DNA of 64,000 nucleotides from Oscillatoria sp. FACHB-1406 (GTDB lineage: Bacteria > Cyanobacteriota > Cyanobacteriia > Cyanobacteriales > Spirulinaceae). The stretch is from contig NZ_JACJSM010000001.1 of assembly GCF_014698145.1 (NCBI RefSeq), forward strand, positions 216,633 through 280,632, read 5' to 3'. The first letter of the stretch is position 1; each line of letters starts with the position of its first letter. A program made the translations under genes and the position numbers. Below, piece by piece: positions 60,389-64,000 of the stretch. Below the pieces are notes generated by a model. That model saw nothing but the letters and a program-made list of their open reading frames with translations. It searched no databases and was not told where the DNA came from.

Positions 60389-63016
60389 ATGCAACCGACT
60401 AATCCCAATCAATTTACAGAAAAAGCTTGGGCTGCCATCGTCCGCACCCCAGATATTGCCAAACAATACAAACACCAGCAAATTGAAAGCGAACACCTGA
60501 TGCGCGCCCTTCTCGAAGAAGAGGGACTCGCCACCAGTATCCTAACCAAAGCGGGCGGAAATGTGCAGCGTTTTCGCGACAAAACCGAAGAGTTCATCAA
60601 CCGCCAGCCCAAACTTTCGCAACCAAGCGAATCGGTCTATTTAGCGCGCAGTTTAGATACTTTACTCGATCGCGCTGAAAATATCCGCAAGGAATTCGAG
60701 GATGACTTCATCTCCATCGAACATCTCATCCTTGCTTACCCAAAAGATGACCGTTTTGGTAAAGCATTATTCCAAGAATTCGGCATTACCGAAGATACGT
60801 TAAGAACTGCTATCAAAGAGATTCGAGGTTCCCAAAAAGTGACCGACCAAAACCCAGAAGGTAAATACGAAGCCCTAGAACGCTACGGTAGGGATTTAAC
60901 CGAGATGGCGAGACAGGGAAAACTCGACCCCGTTATCGGGCGCGATGATGAAATTCGCCGCACAATTCAAATCCTTTCTCGTCGCACTAAAAATAATCCT
61001 GTTTTAATTGGCGAACCGGGTGTAGGTAAGACGGCAATTGTGGAAGGACTTGCCCAACGAATTGTCAGTCGCGACGTTCCGGAATCCTTGCGCGATCGCA
61101 AAGTCATCGGTCTTGATATGGGCGCTTTAATTGCCGGTGCAAAATATCGCGGTGAATTTGAAGAACGCCTCAAAGCGGTTCTCAAAGAAGTGACCGATTC
61201 TAACGGTCAAATTATCCTCTTTATCGATGAAATTCATACTGTCGTCGGTGCGGGCGCAACCCAAGGCGCGATGGATGCGGGCAACTTATTGAAACCGATG
61301 CTCGCTCGCGGCGAATTGCGCTGTATCGGTGCGACAACGTTGGATGAATACCGTCAGTATATCGAGAAAGATGCGGCATTAGAACGTCGTTTCCAAGAAG
61401 TTCTTGTAGACGAACCTAATGTCGTCGATACGATTTCGATTTTGCGCGGATTGAAGGAACGCTACGAAGTTCACCACGGCGTAAAAATTTCCGATAGCGC
61501 TCTGGTAGCGGCGGCGATGCTTTCCAACCGTTATATTAGCGATCGCTTCCTCCCGGATAAAGCGATCGATCTCGTAGACGAGGCGGCGGCAAAATTAAAG
61601 ATGGAGATTACTTCCAAACCGGAAGAACTCGATGAAGTCGATCGCAAAATTTTGCAGATGGAAATGGAACGCCTTTCTCTGCAAAAGGAAAGCAATGAAG
61701 CATCTCGCGAACGCCTCCAAAAGTTGGAAAAGGAACTCGCTAACCTCAAAGAAGATCAATCTCGACTCAACGCGCAATGGCAATCAGAAAAAGAAGTCAT
61801 TGACGAAATTCGTAAGATTAAGGAAACCATCGACCATACTAACTTAGAAATTCAACAAGCAGAACGCGATTACGACCTCAATCGTGCGGCTGAGTTGCGT
61901 TATGGAAAACTGACCGATTTGCAGCGCCAATATCGCGAGACTGAGAACAAGTTAACCGCGATTCAAACGACGGGTAAATCGTTGCTGCGGGAAGAAGTTC
62001 TTGAGGGCGATATTGCGGAGATTATCTCGAAGTGGACGGGAATTCCTCTCAGTAAGTTAGTGGAATCGGAGAAGGAAAAACTGCTGTATTTGGAAGATGA
62101 ATTGCACCAGCGCGTCATCGGGCAAGAAGAGGCGGTAACGGCAGTAGCAGATGCAATTCAGCGATCGCGCGCCGGACTTTCCGATCCCAAACGTCCCATC
62201 GCCAGCTTCATTTTCCTCGGCCCCACGGGCGTAGGTAAAACCGAACTTGCGAAAGCGCTAGCAGCCAACCTCTTCGATACTGAAGAAGCAATGGTTCGCA
62301 TCGATATGTCTGAATATATGGAGAAACACGCGGTTTCCCGTTTGGTGGGCGCGCCTCCGGGATATGTGGGGTACGAACAAGGCGGACAACTGACTGAAGC
62401 GATTCGCCGCCGTCCTTACTCTGTCATTCTCTTCGACGAAATCGAAAAGGCGCACGCGGATGTGTTTAATATCATGCTGCAAATCCTCGATGACGGGCGT
62501 TTGACGGATTCTCAAGGACATACGGTGGATTTCAAAAATACCATCGTGATTATGACCAGTAACGTCGGCTCGCAGTATATCCTGGATGTTGCGGGAGATG
62601 AGAGTCATTATGGCGAAATGCGATCGCGCGTGCTGGAAGCAATGCAGGCGAATTTCCGCCCCGAATTCCTCAACCGCATTGATGAAATGATCATCTTCCA
62701 CGGACTGGCTAAATCACAACTTCGCGAAATTGTCAACCTACAAGTTCAACATTTGGGAAGTCGTTTAGCCGAGCAAAAACTCTCGCTGAAACTCTCCGAT
62801 GCGGCGGCAGATTACCTGGCAGAAATCGGCTACGATCCCGTCTACGGCGCGCGTCCGCTGAAACGGGCGGTGCAGCGCTACTTAGAAACCGCGATCGCGA
62901 AATCGATTCTACGCGGCGAATTTAAGAGTGGCGATACCATCTTTGTGGATGTCGAATCGGAACGCTTAACGTTTAAACGTTTGCCCAGCAGTTTGGAGAT
63001 GCTGGCGAAATCGTAA
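60389..63016 (+). CDS. clpB: ATP-dependent chaperone ClpB
   Basis: 875 aa. Two AAA+ modules ([16 protein letters not shown]), a long middle coiled coil and a Clp N-domain. Confidence 0.95.
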   Translation: MQPTNPNQFTEKAWAAIVRTPDIAKQYKHQQIESEHLMRALLEEEGLATSILTKAGGNVQRFRDKTEEFINRQPKLSQPSESVYLARSLDTLLDRAENIRKEFEDDFISIEHLILAYPKDDRFGKALFQEFGITEDTLRTAIKEIRGSQKVTDQNPEGKYEALERYGRDLTEMARQGKLDPVIGRDDEIRRTIQILSRRTKNNPVLIGEPGVGKTAIVEGLAQRIVSRDVPESLRDRKVIGLDMGALIAGAKYRGEFEERLKAVLKEVTDSNGQIILFIDEIHTVVGAGATQGAMDAGNLLKPMLARGELRCIGATTLDEYRQYIEKDAALERRFQEVLVDEPNVVDTISILRGLKERYEVHHGVKISDSALVAAAMLSNRYISDRFLPDKAIDLVDEAAAKLKMEITSKPEELDEVDRKILQMEMERLSLQKESNEASRERLQKLEKELANLKEDQSRLNAQWQSEKEVIDEIRKIKETIDHTNLEIQQAERDYDLNRAAELRYGKLTDLQRQYRETENKLTAIQTTGKSLLREEVLEGDIAEIISKWTGIPLSKLVESEKEKLLYLEDELHQRVIGQEEAVTAVADAIQRSRAGLSDPKRPIASFIFLGPTGVGKTELAKALAANLFDTEEAMVRIDMSEYMEKHAVSRLVGAPPGYVGYEQGGQLTEAIRRRPYSVILFDEIEKAHADVFNIMLQILDDGRLTDSQGHTVDFKNTIVIMTSNVGSQYILDVAGDESHYGEMRSRVLEAMQANFRPEFLNRIDEMIIFHGLAKSQLREIVNLQVQHLGSRLAEQKLSLKLSDAAADYLAEIGYDPVYGARPLKRAVQRYLETAIAKSILRGEFKSGDTIFVDVESERLTFKRLPSSLEMLAKS

Positions 63017-63034
63017 GGGTTGAATTCAGATGGT

Positions 63035-63064
63035 AGGGGCGAATGGCATTCGCCCTTTTTTTTG
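63035..63064 (+). terminator. rho-independent terminator of clpB built from a family A palindromic element
   Basis: GGGCGAA pairs with TTCGCCC (hairpin 63037-63055), followed by eight T. Confidence 0.8.
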
Positions 63065-63224
63065 TCAGTATCTTGACTTTGATATCATAAAATCATATTT
63101 TAAACAAGTAAACCAAACGTAAACATTGTTATATAGCGTTTTTCGTTTGTGTAAGGTACAGTTCCAAACATCAAATCGGTAGGGACGCGGATTTCGAGGT
63201 CGCCTCGAAATTAAACGCCGCTCC

Positions 63225-63255
63225 GTAGGGGCGAATGGTATTCGCCCGCTGGGTG
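63225..63255. repeat. dispersed palindromic element, family A
   Basis: Identical to 34032-34062. Preceded by a separate perfect hairpin ATTTCGAGG-TCG-CCTCGAAAT at 63191-63211. Confidence 0.85.
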
Positions 63256-63346
63256 TACTATGAATAAGAGTCCCGAAAAATAAATAAAAACAAACCGTAA
63301 ACAAAGTCTTTATAATCCCTCCAAACTTGTACGAGAGCGATAAAGA

Positions 63347-63683
63347 TATGGAATACAAAGGATATACAGCTTCAATTGAAATTGATGAAGATGTTAGTAG
63401 TTTATTCGGTACAGTTTTAGGGATAAAAGATGTTATTACGTTTCAAGGTAACACCGTTAATGAGTTGCGCCACGCCTTTCAAGACTCGGTAGACGATTAC
63501 TTGGAATGGTGTGAAGAATTAGGTGAAAAACCGGATAAACCCTTTTCAGGAAAGCTCCCCTTTCGGACAACGCCAGAAATTCATCGTCAGATTTATATGG
63601 CGGCAAGGAAAGCGAATAAAAGTATTAATTCCTGGATGGATGAAGTGGTGGCAAAGGCAGCGAAAGAGGCAATTAAGGAGTAG
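63347..63683 (+). CDS. HicB-family antitoxin-like protein (no HicA partner found)
   Basis: MEYKGYTASIEIDEDVSSLFGTVLGIKDVITFQGNTVNELRHAFQDSVDDYLEWCEE...KLPFRTTPEIHRQIYMAARKANKSINSW is a typical HicB N-domain plus RHH-like tail. Confidence 0.65.
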
Positions 63684-63687
63684 TCTA

Positions 63688-63750
63688 GTAGGGTGGGCAG
63701 CGCCCACCAGCAGAGACTTTGGTTTATTTAGAAACGTACATTCACGTTTA
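63688..63750. repeat. dispersed palindromic element, family B
   Basis: GTAGGGTGGGCAGCGCCCACC...TTTAGAAACGTACATTCACGTTT. Compare 2924-2985. Confidence 0.7.
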
Positions 63751-63800
63751 AAGTAGCGATCTACATCATTACCGAGCAGAGTGACGGAGCGATGAAGTCA

Positions 63801-64000
63801 TTATCCCAGATAAGGATACTGCAACGGTTTAGTTTTCAGGAGTTCGTACCAATATTTTTTGGCATTGCGTTTGGTCGTTTCTAAATCTCGCTGTTTGTGA
63901 ACTCTCCCTATTTCTTGCAAAAAATAGGTCAGTTTAAGGGCAGTCCAGATATTTCTAAACCCTACTGCTTTCAAGTTTTGTAAAAAAAGATGTCGAAGCA
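63801..64000 (-). CDS. 3' end of a gene entering from beyond the window (C-terminal ~65 aa), unknown product
   Basis: Own translation of the minus strand from 63998 reads ...LRHLFLQNLKAVGFRNIWTALKLTYFLQEIGRVHKQRDLETTKRNAKKYWYELLKTKPLQYPYLG, then TAA at 63801-63803. No in-frame stop occurs in the 65 codons back to the window edge. Confidence 0.3.
   Translation of the reverse strand, partial: LRHLFLQNLKAVGFRNIWTALKLTYFLQEIGRVHKQRDLETTKRNAKKYWYELLKTKPLQYPYLG

Overview
This 64 kb window is a cyanobacterial chromosome segment. GCGATCGC (HIP1) octamers are dense throughout. Recognisable genes include psbO, the carboxysome shell gene ccmP, clpR/clpP3, clpB, ftsQ-ftsZ, hpf/lrtA, asnS, uvrC, pgl, purU, thiD, pyrR, pflA-adhE, hcp and a SomA-type SLH porin. 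Most of the window is housekeeping. Several accessory patches break it up:
(1) an AT-rich cassette of three tightly packed small genes ending in an HNH nuclease, wedged between adhE and a Pat-like acyl-CoA-synthetase/GNAT gene (38154-39591). This is the best candidate for a horizontally acquired, undescribed system.
(2) a eukaryote-type PARG-like macrodomain protein with a degenerate catalytic motif, in an apparent operon with a GT2 glycosyltransferase (3481-5374).
(3) a stand-alone P-loop NTPase followed by a 1671-aa nSTAND-NTPase/WD40 giant (24596-31561).
(4) an xisH (in-frame stop) / xisI / Uma2 cluster (58393-60090).
(5) several families of 7-bp tandem repeat arrays at gene ends.
(6) three families of short dispersed palindromic (MITE/REP-like) elements. 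One of them doubles as the clpB terminator.
No rRNA, tRNA or CRISPR array could be supported. All coordinates and motifs were read by eye, and every functional call rests on remembered motifs rather than database searches.
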